The position numbers and the translations under genes are program-made. Of a stretch of 64,000 nucleotides of DNA, positions 55,266-64,000 are shown piece after piece. The stretch's first letter is position 1; each line of letters begins with the position of its first letter. The notes under the pieces were generated by a model. The model worked only from the letters and a program-made list of their open reading frames with translations, had not been told where the DNA came from and did no database searches. The stretch is from an uncultured Actinomycetota bacterium (GTDB taxonomy: Bacteria; Actinomycetota; Actinomycetes; Propionibacteriales; Nocardioidaceae). Where the stretch lies: NCBI GenBank assembly GCA_963767995.1, contig CAVYGL010000018.1, positions 1,392-65,391 of the forward strand, read 5' to 3'.

Positions 55266-55883
55266 ATGCCCCGGGCCGCCCGCGTCCTCGTCCTGTCGGC
55301 GGCGCTCGCCCTCACGCTGCTCGCGAGTCCCGCGAGCGCGACGCCCACCGACAGCAATCCGACGACCGCCGGCCAGCAGACCGAGCGCACCGAGGCTGCC
55401 GCGCGCCGACGGGTGACGTACTCGGTCATCACCCGCGGCCACATCACCGCGTCGATGAAGGTGTTCCGCCAGCAGGCGCAGGAGACGTACGACGACCCGC
55501 GCGGGTGGCGCGGCGGTGGCGTGGAGTTCCGCCGCGTACGACGAGGCGGCGACTTCACGCTGGTGCTGGCCTCCGCCCGTGCCGTGCCGACGTTCTCGTC
55601 GAGCTGCTCGGCGCAGTGGTCGTGCCGGGTCGGCCGGTTCGTGATCATCAACCAGCTGCGGTGGAAGCACGCGTCGCCGGCGTGGAACGCGGCCGGGCGT
55701 TCGACGCGCGACTACCGGCACCTGGTCGTCAACCACGAGACCGGCCACTGGCTCGGTCGCGGCCATGCGTCGTGCCCGCCGGGCGGCGGCAAGGCGCCGG
55801 TGATGATGCAGCAGTCGAAGGGCACCGGCAGGTGCCGCCTCAACCCGTGGCCGCTCCCGGGGGAGCGGGCCGCCATCAGATGA
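55266..55883 (+). CDS. Secreted DUF3152 zinc-metalloprotease-like protein
   Basis: Signal peptide; DPRGW, IN..RW, NHETGHWLG, PVMMQQS. Confidence 0.87.
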   Translation: MPRAARVLVLSAALALTLLASPASATPTDSNPTTAGQQTERTEAAARRRVTYSVITRGHITASMKVFRQQAQETYDDPRGWRGGGVEFRRVRRGGDFTLVLASARAVPTFSSSCSAQWSCRVGRFVIINQLRWKHASPAWNAAGRSTRDYRHLVVNHETGHWLGRGHASCPPGGGKAPVMMQQSKGTGRCRLNPWPLPGERAAIR

Positions 55884-55899
55884 CGCGGAAGGCGAGCCG

Positions 55900-57457
55900 T
55901 CAGTGCCGGTTGGCGGCGATCGCCACGAACGGCTGTCCCGGGCGAACCCGGGGAGACGTCCTGGCTGGCGCTGAGGAGTCGCACGCTGAGGAGCTCGCGC
56001 CCCTCGGTCCGACGGTCCTTGAGGATGCGGACCAGCACCGTGCGGCGGACCACTCCCGGCGGGAAGGTGACGACCCCGTCACGGGCGACGAAGTCGGCGC
56101 CGGCCTCGGCGGTGAGGCCGGAGATCGTGTAGGAGACCTCCACCGGCACCGCCTCGGGGTCCTGCAGCTCGATCGGCACGCGGACCGTGCCCGCCTCGGT
56201 CGTACCGATGCGGTTGTCGCCCATCCGGACCTCGTTGCGACTCAACCAGGCCGCCCGCTTCGCCAGCCAGTCGCGGAGGAAGGTGACCTCGCCCGCCCGC
56301 GTCGAGGCGTGCCGGGTCCATTCCAGGTCGCTGTCGCCGGCGTGCCACTGCCGCCAGTCGGCGTCCGCGAGCGGCTCCAGCGCCGTCGAGGCGACGGGGA
56401 GCTCCGACACGACCGCGTCGACGGCCGGTCGCAGCTGCTCCCACCGGTCCTTCACCCGGCGCGAGAACGCCGGGTCCTCGAGCATCCGGGAGATCCAGTG
56501 CTGCCCGGTCCGGGTGTACCAGGCCTGGGCGTCGGTGGAGCCCTTCCACTTCGTCCCGCCGCTGAGGTCGAAGTCCCACACCGGGCCGAAGGCGAACTTC
56601 TCACCCGGCACCCAGCTGAAGTTCACGCTCGACTGGAAGTTGGAGTCCTGGTTGGCGAAGAGCTCCTCGACGAGGTACCAGTCGATGAGCTTGCGGACGT
56701 CGATGTACGCCTTGTAGCCCCGGGTCGGGTGCTTGAAGGTCGGGCCGTAGAGGACCTTCTCGAAGCGCGACACGGCGCGACGCACCTGGCGGCGCTGGCG
56801 CTTCGTCACCTCGTCGGGGTCCTTGAACGCGATGGAGGACCCGCGCTTGGTGCGGAAGCCGGGCTCGCCGTCGCGCAGGTAGCGCTTGTTGAACTCCAGG
56901 AGGTAGCCGTCGTCGGGCAGCTCGACGCGGTCGCCGCCCTCCTCGACCTGCTCGGTCAGCATGTAGAGGCCCTGCGACTGGCCGTTGAGGACGACCTCGA
57001 CGAAGCGGTACTTCGGCGTCCACGCGAGGCGGGTCTGGGCGGCGATGGCGAACGCGGCGGCCGTCCGCATGCCGCTGCGGTCGCCGTAGTTGGCCAGCAG
57101 CACCCACTCGTCGTGAGCATCGTCGCCGACCAGCGCTGCGTCCTCCTCGAGCTTGATCTTGTACGGCTTCTTGGGCCAGCTCCAGCTCGAGTTGCCGCGA
57201 CCTCGGACCTCGGTGGTGTGGGCGACGCCGTCGAGCGTGACGGTGCCCGGCACGTAGTCCTCGCGTCCGATCGGCGCGCCGAGCGTGTCGATCACGAGCT
57301 GGGTGGGCGGTGCCGGCGGCCAGCCGACGGCCGCCGCTGCGGCGGGGTCCGGCAGGGCCGCAGGGGCTCGTTGTGCCGACGCGGGCGCCAGCAGCGCGGA
57401 GCCGATCGTCACGGCGAGCGCGACGGCCAGTGCGGCGATGTGCCTGGGCGTGGTCAT
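55900..57457 (-). CDS. Secreted CotH-kinase family protein with C-terminal Calx-beta-like domain; frameshift near 55935
   Basis: Signal peptide; RGRGNSSW, KKPYKIK, WVLLAN, PVWDFD; VSYT...TAEAGADF...GVVTFPPG; RBS GAGGAGG. Confidence 0.87.
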
Positions 57458-57497
57458 GGTGCCTCCTCGAACGGCCCGTGGGTCCGGCGACTGTACG

Positions 57498-58544
57498 TCA
57501 GTCGGGCAGTGAGACGTCCAGGCCGAGCGAGAAGTTGTGCTCGCTGCCGGGGACGGCGTCGAGGTCCAGCAGGTCGAGCGCGAGGTTGGCCAGGTCACCG
57601 TTGCGCACCGGCTGGCGGGCGGCGCGGTAGGTGGTGCGTCGCGCGCCCGGGTCGCGGTAGTCGTCGGCATTGAGGTCGTAGAGGTCGGCGCCCACGGCCA
57701 CCCCGGGACCCATCACCATGAATGCGACGCGGTAGTTCGCCAGCTGGGTGGCGTCGGAGTGGTCGGTGCCCCGACCGCCGTGGTCGCTGGTCAGGATCAC
57801 GGCCGTGCTGGCGGCGCGCACCGGGTCGGACTCCACGGCACCGATGATCTCGCCGACGAGCACGTCGACACGCTTGACGGCGCGGAGGTAGGCCTTCGAC
57901 ATGAACCCGCGGTCGTGGCCGACCACGTCGGGCAGCGAGAGGTGCACGAAGCGGAAGGTGCGGTCACGGTCGGCGATGTCGCGTCGCACCGAGCGGGCGA
58001 GCACGGTGTTGTCCAGGCGGATACGGGTCGTGTCGATGCTCGCCGGCCAGCTGCGCTTCCACAGCGTGAACTTCGTCTTGCTCGCGAAGAGGGCCGTCGT
58101 GCCACCGGCCGCCTGGACGGAGGTGAAGACCGACTCGACGCGCTTCCCGGCGGCGGCCTGCACCGTCGCGGGGCGCCGGCGGTCGTCGTTCCAGGTGACG
58201 CCGTGGCCACCCTTCGCCGCCTCGATGCGTCGCCCGGTCACCATCCCGGTGTGGTTGGGCAGGGTGATCGTCAGCTCGTGCTCGGTGCGGGCGTTGAGCG
58301 TCGAGGCACCGTCGGCCATCAGCTCGTGGAGGTGCGGCGTGCCGTCGGCGCCGAGCCGTTCCAGCGCGTCGGGGTTGAGGCCGTCGATCGAGATCGCGAG
58401 GACCGAGGTGATCGGGTCGTCGACCGACGCCCGTTCGCTGCGGGACGGGACGTCTCCGGACGGCACCTGCGCGGGTGCCTGGACAGCCGGGAGGAGGATG
58501 CCGCTGACGGCGAGCAGGGAGACGAGGACGGAACGCACTGGCAC
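57498..58544 (-). CDS. Secreted alkaline-phosphatase/NPP superfamily protein
   Basis: Signal peptide; SIDGL, TITLPNHTGMVTG, PDVVGH, TSDHGG. Confidence 0.88.
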   Translation of the reverse strand: MPVRSVLVSLLAVSGILLPAVQAPAQVPSGDVPSRSERASVDDPITSVLAISIDGLNPDALERLGADGTPHLHELMADGASTLNARTEHELTITLPNHTGMVTGRRIEAAKGGHGVTWNDDRRRPATVQAAAGKRVESVFTSVQAAGGTTALFASKTKFTLWKRSWPASIDTTRIRLDNTVLARSVRRDIADRDRTFRFVHLSLPDVVGHDRGFMSKAYLRAVKRVDVLVGEIIGAVESDPVRAASTAVILTSDHGGRGTDHSDATQLANYRVAFMVMGPGVAVGADLYDLNADDYRDPGARRTTYRAARQPVRNGDLANLALDLLDLDAVPGSEHNFSLGLDVSLPD

Positions 58545-58634
58545 CGGCCGACCCTAACGTGTGCGGACAGTGTGACCGGGACGACGCTCCCGATGGCGTG
58601 ACCGGCGTACGTCCGACCGCCTAGCCTGCTGCCT

Positions 58635-59459
58635 GTGCCGACCCCGACCCCGCGGATGACCGCAGATGCCCCGATCGGCATCTTCGACTCCGGGTTCGGC
58701 GGACTGACGGTCGCCCGGTCGGTCATCGACCAGCTGCCGCACGAGTCGGTGGTCTACCTCGGCGACACCGCGCGCCAGCCCTACGGCCAGAAGCCCATCG
58801 GAGAGGTCCGCGAGTACGCCCTCGAGTGCCTCGACCACCTCTACGAGCGGGGCGTCAAGGCACTGGTCATCGCCTGCAACTCCGCCAGCGCGGCGATGCT
58901 GCGTGACGCCCGCGAGCGCTACGACGTCCCCGTGGTCGAGGTGATCCTGCCCGCCGCCCGTCGCGCCGCGGCCGCGACGCGCAACCAGCAGGTCGGTGTC
59001 ATCTGCACGCGCGCGACGGCCAGCTCGATGGCGTACGAGGACGCGTTCGCCGCGGCGCCCCACCTCGACCTGCACATCCGGGCGTGCCCGAGCTTCGTCG
59101 ACTTCGTGGAGCAGGGGGTCACCGGCGGTGACGAGCTGCTCGCCGCCGCCCACGAGTACCTCGACCCGCTGGCCGCTGCCGGCGTCGACACCCTCATCCT
59201 CGGCTGCACGCACTACCCGCTGCTCACCGGCGTGATCTCGTACGTCATGGGCGACGAGGTCACCCTGGTCAGCTCGGCGGAGGAGTGCGCCAAGGACGTC
59301 TACAAGATGCTGGCCGGCACCGGCCTGATGCGCGACGGCGGCGAGGCGGACTACACCTTCTCCACCACGGGCAGCCCCGAGGACTTCGCGACGATCGGTC
59401 GCCGCTTCCTGGGCTCCGAGCTCCTCGGCGCCAGCCAGTTCGCCGGCGGGCTGCGGTGA
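58635..59459 (+). CDS. murI: Glutamate racemase
   Basis: [24 protein letters not shown]. Confidence 0.96.
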   Translation: MPTPTPRMTADAPIGIFDSGFGGLTVARSVIDQLPHESVVYLGDTARQPYGQKPIGEVREYALECLDHLYERGVKALVIACNSASAAMLRDARERYDVPVVEVILPAARRAAAATRNQQVGVICTRATASSMAYEDAFAAAPHLDLHIRACPSFVDFVEQGVTGGDELLAAAHEYLDPLAAAGVDTLILGCTHYPLLTGVISYVMGDEVTLVSSAEECAKDVYKMLAGTGLMRDGGEADYTFSTTGSPEDFATIGRRFLGSELLGASQFAGGLR

Positions 59460-59466
59460 CCAGGGG

Positions 59467-60237
59467 ATGAGGCTCACGATCGTCGGCTGCTCGGGCTCCT
59501 ACCCGGGCCCCGAGTCCGCGGCCAGCTGCTACCTCCTCGAGGCGGAGCAGGGTGGACGCACCTGGCGGATCCTGCTCGACCTCGGCAACGGCGCACTCGG
59601 CCAGCTCCACCGCTACGCCGACCCCCTGGTCATCGACGGGGTCTTCGTCAGCCACCTGCACCCCGACCACTGTCTCGACCTCTGCGGCTACTACGTGATG
59701 CGCAAGTACCACCCCACCGGCCCGCAGCCGCGGATCCCCGTCTGGGGACCCGACGGCACCGCCGACCGGATGGCGCGCGCCTACGACCTGCCCGTCGACC
59801 CGGGCATGCACGAGGAGTTCGCCTTCCACGACTACAGCAGCCGCGGCTACGACGGCCGCGTCGAGCTGGGGCCGTTCGTGGTCGAGGCGCGCCAGGTCGT
59901 CCACCCGGTGACGGCGTACGCCCTCACGGTGACCGCGGACGGCCGGACCCTCGTCTACTCCGGCGACACCGGCCCCTGCGACGCGCTGGACGAGGCCGCC
60001 ACCGGCGCGGACGTGCTGCTCGCGGAGGCGTCGTTCGAGACCGGGGCCGACAACCCGCCCGACCTGCACCTCACCGGCGCCGACTGCGGTCGTACGGCAG
60101 CGCGTGCCGGCGTCGGGCGCCTGGTGCTCACCCACGTGCCGCCGTGGCACGACCCCGCCGTCGCCGAGGCCGAGGCGCGCGCCGAGTGGTCCGGCCCGGT
60201 CGAGGTGGCGCGCGCCGGGGCGACGTACGACGTCTGA
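59467..60237 (+). CDS. MBL-fold hydrolase (Rv1339-like cyclic-nucleotide phosphodiesterase)
   Basis: GCSGS, SHLHPDHCLD, YSGDTG, LTHVPPW; follows murI. Confidence 0.88.
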   Translation: MRLTIVGCSGSYPGPESAASCYLLEAEQGGRTWRILLDLGNGALGQLHRYADPLVIDGVFVSHLHPDHCLDLCGYYVMRKYHPTGPQPRIPVWGPDGTADRMARAYDLPVDPGMHEEFAFHDYSSRGYDGRVELGPFVVEARQVVHPVTAYALTVTADGRTLVYSGDTGPCDALDEAATGADVLLAEASFETGADNPPDLHLTGADCGRTAARAGVGRLVLTHVPPWHDPAVAEAEARAEWSGPVEVARAGATYDV

Positions 60238-60239
60238 GA

Positions 60240-60890
60240 TCAGACGAGTCCGGCGTCGTGCACGACCATCGCCACCTGCACGCGGTTGTTGCTGTCGAGC
60301 TTGGTGAGCAGCCGCGACACGTGTGACTTGACGGTCGGGATCGAGAGGTAGAGCTCCGAGGCGATCTCGGAGTTGCTCAGCCCGCGACCGACGCAGACGG
60401 CGACCTCGAGCTCCCGCTCGGTGAGGACCGTCAGCCGGTCGGTGGCCGTGGTCGAGCGATCGGTGGAGGCCGAGCTGCGGAGCCGCGAGACGATGCTGCG
60501 GGTCGCCGACGGCGACAGCATCGCGTCGCCCGCGGCGACCGTGCGGATGGCCTGGACGATGTCGCCCGGTGGGGTGTCCTTGAGCAGGAAGCCGTCCGCA
60601 CCGGCGGCGACGGCCCGGACCACGTGATCGTCGGCGTCGAAGGTCGTGAGCACGACGACCGAGGGAGGTGACGGGCGCTGGTGCAGCGCCACCGTGGCCT
60701 CGAGGCCGTCCATCACCGGCATCCGGATGTCCATCAGCACGACGTCGGGATCGAGCTCGGCGACGAGGTCGAGACCGACCTGGCCGTTGGGCGCCTCGCC
60801 GACCACGTCGATGTCGCGCTGGCCGCCCAGCATCAGCGCCAGGGCCGACCGCACCAGCGGGTCGTCGTCGACGAGGAGCACCCGGATCAC
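60240..60890 (-). CDS. NarL-family response regulator
   Basis: VDDD, MDIRMP, TVKSHVS. Confidence 0.93.
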   Translation of the reverse strand: MIRVLLVDDDPLVRSALALMLGGQRDIDVVGEAPNGQVGLDLVAELDPDVVLMDIRMPVMDGLEATVALHQRPSPPSVVVLTTFDADDHVVRAVAAGADGFLLKDTPPGDIVQAIRTVAAGDAMLSPSATRSIVSRLRSSASTDRSTTATDRLTVLTERELEVAVCVGRGLSNSEIASELYLSIPTVKSHVSRLLTKLDSNNRVQVAMVVHDAGLV

Positions 60891-62050
60891 GCCGTCCACG
60901 GTAACCATGCCTCCAGGACGAACGTCGCGCCCTCGATGCGCTGGTCGAGCCGTCCGCCGCGCAGCTCGGTGCGCTCGCGCAGGCCGACCAGACCCAGGCC
61001 GGCACCGGGTGCGGCGCTCGCGTGGTCGCCGATCGGGTTCGCGAGCACCACGGTGATGCCTGCATCCGGGTCGCCGGTCGACGTGATCGCGACCTCCGAG
61101 CCGGGTGCGTGCTTGCGCACGTTGGTGATGCCCTCCTGGACGATCCGGTAGACGGTGCGGCCGGTGGCGGGCGGCACCGGGGTCGCGGCGTCCACGGCAT
61201 CCGTCCAGTCGACGTCGAGACCGAGGGTCTTGGCCTCGTCGACCAGCGCAGCGATGTCGTCGTACGTCGGTTGCGGCCTGGCGGTGGGCGGGGCGGGGTC
61301 GTCCTCGCGCAGCACGCCGAGCACGTCGCGCAGCTCGTGGAGCGCGTCGTTGGCCTGGCCCTGGATCTGGCCGAGGCCCTCGCGAAGCCGGTCGCTGTCG
61401 AGGTCGTCGCGGAACGCGAGGGCTCCCGCCTGCATGGAGACCTGGGTGATGCGGTGGGCCAGCACGTCGTGCATCTCGCGCGCGATGCGCGCCCGTTCGT
61501 TCGAGCGGGCCCGGGACAGCCGCAGGTCCTGCTCGGTCTCGGCGCGCTCGGCACGGGTGCGGAGGCTCCACATGACCTCGCGCCGGGTGCCGATGTAGAG
61601 GCCCCAGCCCATCATCCCGGCGTTCACCGCGACGTTGACGAGCGTCGTGACGAGCGGGTCGTTGTCCTCGAAGGGCGCCAGGGTCGTCCAGGTCTGGGCC
61701 GCGACGAAGTTCGCGACACCGACGAGCAGCACCTGGCGTGCGTCGCGCCGGGTCGCGACCGACACAGCGGCCAGCGTGGCCGGTCCGGCCGCGAGTCCGG
61801 ACGCGGCGCTCATCGCGGCGATGACGAGGGCGACGAGCACAGGTGCGCGGCGGCGGAAGTGGACCAGCACGAATGCCGCGATGCCGAGCACGACCTCGAC
61901 GGCGAACAGCACCCGGTGCGCGCGCCACTCGACCCCGGCCACCGTCTGCCACGCCGCCACGGAGAGCGCCACGCAGAGCGCGTCACGCCATGCGTGATCG
62001 ACCCAGCGCAGCTCCGGCTGGGTCTGCGAGGCGGTGGGGCGGGTCTCCAC
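60887..62050 (-). CDS. Sensor histidine kinase (HisKA_3)
   Basis: TM sensor region, ERARIAREMHDVLAH, RIVQEGITN, GLGLVGLRER. Confidence 0.92.
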   Translation of the reverse strand: METRPTASQTQPELRWVDHAWRDALCVALSVAAWQTVAGVEWRAHRVLFAVEVVLGIAAFVLVHFRRRAPVLVALVIAAMSAASGLAAGPATLAAVSVATRRDARQVLLVGVANFVAAQTWTTLAPFEDNDPLVTTLVNVAVNAGMMGWGLYIGTRREVMWSLRTRAERAETEQDLRLSRARSNERARIAREMHDVLAHRITQVSMQAGALAFRDDLDSDRLREGLGQIQGQANDALHELRDVLGVLREDDPAPPTARPQPTYDDIAALVDEAKTLGLDVDWTDAVDAATPVPPATGRTVYRIVQEGITNVRKHAPGSEVAITSTGDPDAGITVVLANPIGDHASAAPGAGLGLVGLRERTELRGGRLDQRIEGATFVLEAWLPWTA

Positions 62051-62214
62051 GGCGGTGAGCCTAGCGAGCACGACTCCGACTTTGGTCGCACACGGGAGGA
62101 CCGATGGACCGATGCGCCGGGGTGGCCCGAGCGGCGATCCTTGGGTCATCACCACGTGGAGGGAGCTGCGTGGCGTGGGGCTGCGCGCTTGGCCCCACTT
62201 GGGGAAGGGCCTTC

Positions 62215-62256
62215 GAGCCGGGTCCGGTAACTCACGGGGGTGACCGGACCCGGCTC
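62215..62256. terminator. Strong intergenic hairpin
   Basis: GAGCCGGGTCCGGT...ACCGGACCCGGCTC 14-bp perfect stem. Confidence 0.65.
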
Positions 62257-62278
62257 TGCCACGTCTTCTGCCACGTCT
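62255..62278. repeat. Perfect 12-bp tandem duplication
   Basis: TCTGCCACGTCT x2 abutting the rph -10 box TAGGGT. Confidence 0.8.
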
Positions 62279-62290
62279 AGGGTCGTCCCC

Positions 62291-63022
62291 ATGACTTCTC
62301 CCGCCCCGCGTGCCGACGGCCGCGCCGACGACGAGCTCCGCCCGATCACGATCACCCGCCACTGGCTCGACCACGCCGCGGGGTCGGTGCTGGTCGAGTT
62401 CGGCGGCACCAAGGTGCTCTGCGCCGCGTCCGCCTCGGAGGGCGTGCCGCGCTGGCGCAAGGGCTCCGGCCTCGGCTGGGTGACGGCCGAGTACGCGATG
62501 CTCCCGGCGGCCACCAACACCCGCTCGGACCGCGAGTCGGTCAAGGGCCGCATCGGTGGTCGCACCCACGAGATCTCGCGGCTCATCGGCCGATCGCTGC
62601 GAGCAGTCATCGACTACCAGGCCCTCGGCGAGAACACGATCGTCCTCGACTGCGACGTCCTGCAGGCAGACGGCGGCACGCGCACGGCCGCGATCACCGG
62701 GGCGTACGTCGCCCTCGCCGACGCGGTCGCGCACCTGCGCGGCAACGGCGCCCTGACCGGCGAGCCGCTGACCGGGTCGGTCGCCGCGGTCAGCGTCGGC
62801 ATCATCGACGGCATCCCGCGCCTCGACCTGCCCTACGTCGAGGACGTACGGGCCGAGACCGACATGAACGTCGTGATGACGGGCGAGGGAAAGTTCGTCG
62901 AGGTGCAGGGCACGGCCGAGGGCGCCGCCTTCGACCGCGCCGAGCTCGACGCGCTGCTCGCGCTCGCGGAGAAGGGCTGCGCCGACCTGACGCGCATGCA
63001 GCACGAAGCGCTGGCTCGATGA
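62291..63022 (+). CDS. rph: Ribonuclease PH
   Basis: [40 protein letters not shown]. Confidence 0.97.
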   Translation: MTSPAPRADGRADDELRPITITRHWLDHAAGSVLVEFGGTKVLCAASASEGVPRWRKGSGLGWVTAEYAMLPAATNTRSDRESVKGRIGGRTHEISRLIGRSLRAVIDYQALGENTIVLDCDVLQADGGTRTAAITGAYVALADAVAHLRGNGALTGEPLTGSVAAVSVGIIDGIPRLDLPYVEDVRAETDMNVVMTGEGKFVEVQGTAEGAAFDRAELDALLALAEKGCADLTRMQHEALAR

Positions 63023-63633
63023 GGATCTTCCTCGCCTCGGCCAATGCCAAGAAGATCGCGGAGATGCAGCGCATCCTCGCCGAGCACGTGCCCGACATCG
63101 AGGTCCTCGGCATCGCCGACGTCGAGGGCTACGTCGAGCCGGTCGAGGACCAGCCCACCTTCGAGGGCAACGCCCTGCTCAAGGCGCGCGCCGGTGTCGC
63201 CGCCACGGGTCTCCCGTCGGTGGCCGACGACAGCGGGTTGTGCGTCGACGCGCTCAACGGGATGCCCGGAGTGCTGTCGGCCCGGTGGTCCGGCCGCGAC
63301 AAGTCGGACGCCCGCAACAACGAGCTGCTGCTCGAGCAGCTCGACGACGTCCCCGACGAGCGACGCGGCGCCCACTTCACCTGCGCGATCGCGTGGGTGC
63401 GGCCCGACGGGAGCGAGCGCGTGATCGAGGGGCGGATGGACGGCCGCATCATCCGCGAGCAGCGGGGAAGCGGCGGCTTCGGCTACGACGTCGTCTTCGT
63501 CGCCGACGAGCACGACGCCGAGGGGCTCACCTCGGCCGAGCTGCCGCCGGGGGAGAAGGACCGGATCTCGCACCGGGGTCGCGCGCTGCGCGAGCTGGCG
63601 CCGTACGTCGCCGCCGACCTCGCCTCAGGCTGA
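63019..63633 (+). CDS. rdgB: Non-canonical purine NTP pyrophosphatase
   Basis: [31 protein letters not shown]. Confidence 0.96.
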   Translation: MRIFLASANAKKIAEMQRILAEHVPDIEVLGIADVEGYVEPVEDQPTFEGNALLKARAGVAATGLPSVADDSGLCVDALNGMPGVLSARWSGRDKSDARNNELLLEQLDDVPDERRGAHFTCAIAWVRPDGSERVIEGRMDGRIIREQRGSGGFGYDVVFVADEHDAEGLTSAELPPGEKDRISHRGRALRELAPYVAADLASG

Positions 63634-64000
63634 CGCGCCCTCGCGGGCACCCACCTGGCGCGAGACCCACATGCCCCACAGGGCCGCGAACAGGAACATG
63701 ATCAGCGAGTAGACGGCCGCCGGCACGGAGATCTCGACCTCGTCGAGCACCTCGACGGCGACGAAGATCGCCAGCGTGGCGTTGTGCACGCCGACCTCCA
63801 TCGACGACGCGATGGCCTGCGGTCCCGTCACGCCGAAGGCCTTCGGCACGAAGTAGCCCACCACGAGGCTGATGGCGCAGAAGAGCGCGGCGATGAGGCC
63901 GACGTCGGCGAGGTAGTCGCCGACGTTCTCGATCTGGTCGAGCAGGATGCCGACGACGAGGATCGCGAGGATGACGGCCGAGCCGATGCGCACCGGCTTG
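63625..64000 (-). CDS. Bile acid:sodium symporter family protein (3' part)
   Basis: TM-rich, MEVGVHNATLA, PAAVYS. Confidence 0.85.
   Translation of the reverse strand, partial: KPVRIGSAVILAILVVGILLDQIENVGDYLADVGLIAALFCAISLVVGYFVPKAFGVTGPQAIASSMEVGVHNATLAIFVAVEVLDEVEISVPAAVYSLIMFLFAALWGMWVSRQVGAREGASA

Overview
High-GC actinobacterial chromosome segment (gene content and order suggest Nocardioidaceae; inference). It is mostly housekeeping synteny: treY/treZ, prfB-ftsE-ftsX-M23-smpB...ssrA, yqgE-DUF3039-helicase, hppD, argO/argP, a polar amino-acid ABC transporter, and pncA-pncB/clpS-DUF2017...mec-cysO-cysM...murI-MBL hydrolase...rph-rdgB. Accessory blocks interrupt this backbone: a GlcNAc/chito-oligosaccharide operon ending in a nagA stub, a 10-kb run after ssrA, and a 5-kb insert between cysM and murI (DUF222-HNH, an orphan, DUF3152, CotH kinase, alkaline-phosphatase-family protein). 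Non-coding features are tmRNA (tag ADSNRNDFALAA), a c-di-AMP riboswitch, and a modular palindromic repeat with a (54+82n)-bp geometry found at two loci in opposite orientation. There is also a PafBC-type promoter with a LexA-like box on the HNH gene, and -10 boxes 6-8 nt before many start codons, which suggests leaderless mRNAs. Over a dozen genes, including conserved ones, carry single-base frameshifts, most likely assembly indels. No CRISPR array, tRNA, rRNA, integrase or transposase was seen. Best candidates for undescribed biology: the repeat family, the damage-inducible DUF222-HNH unit with its 3' structure, the secreted CotH kinase/phosphatase pair, and the NUDIX-DUF429 fusion. All family assignments are from motif recognition, not database searches.
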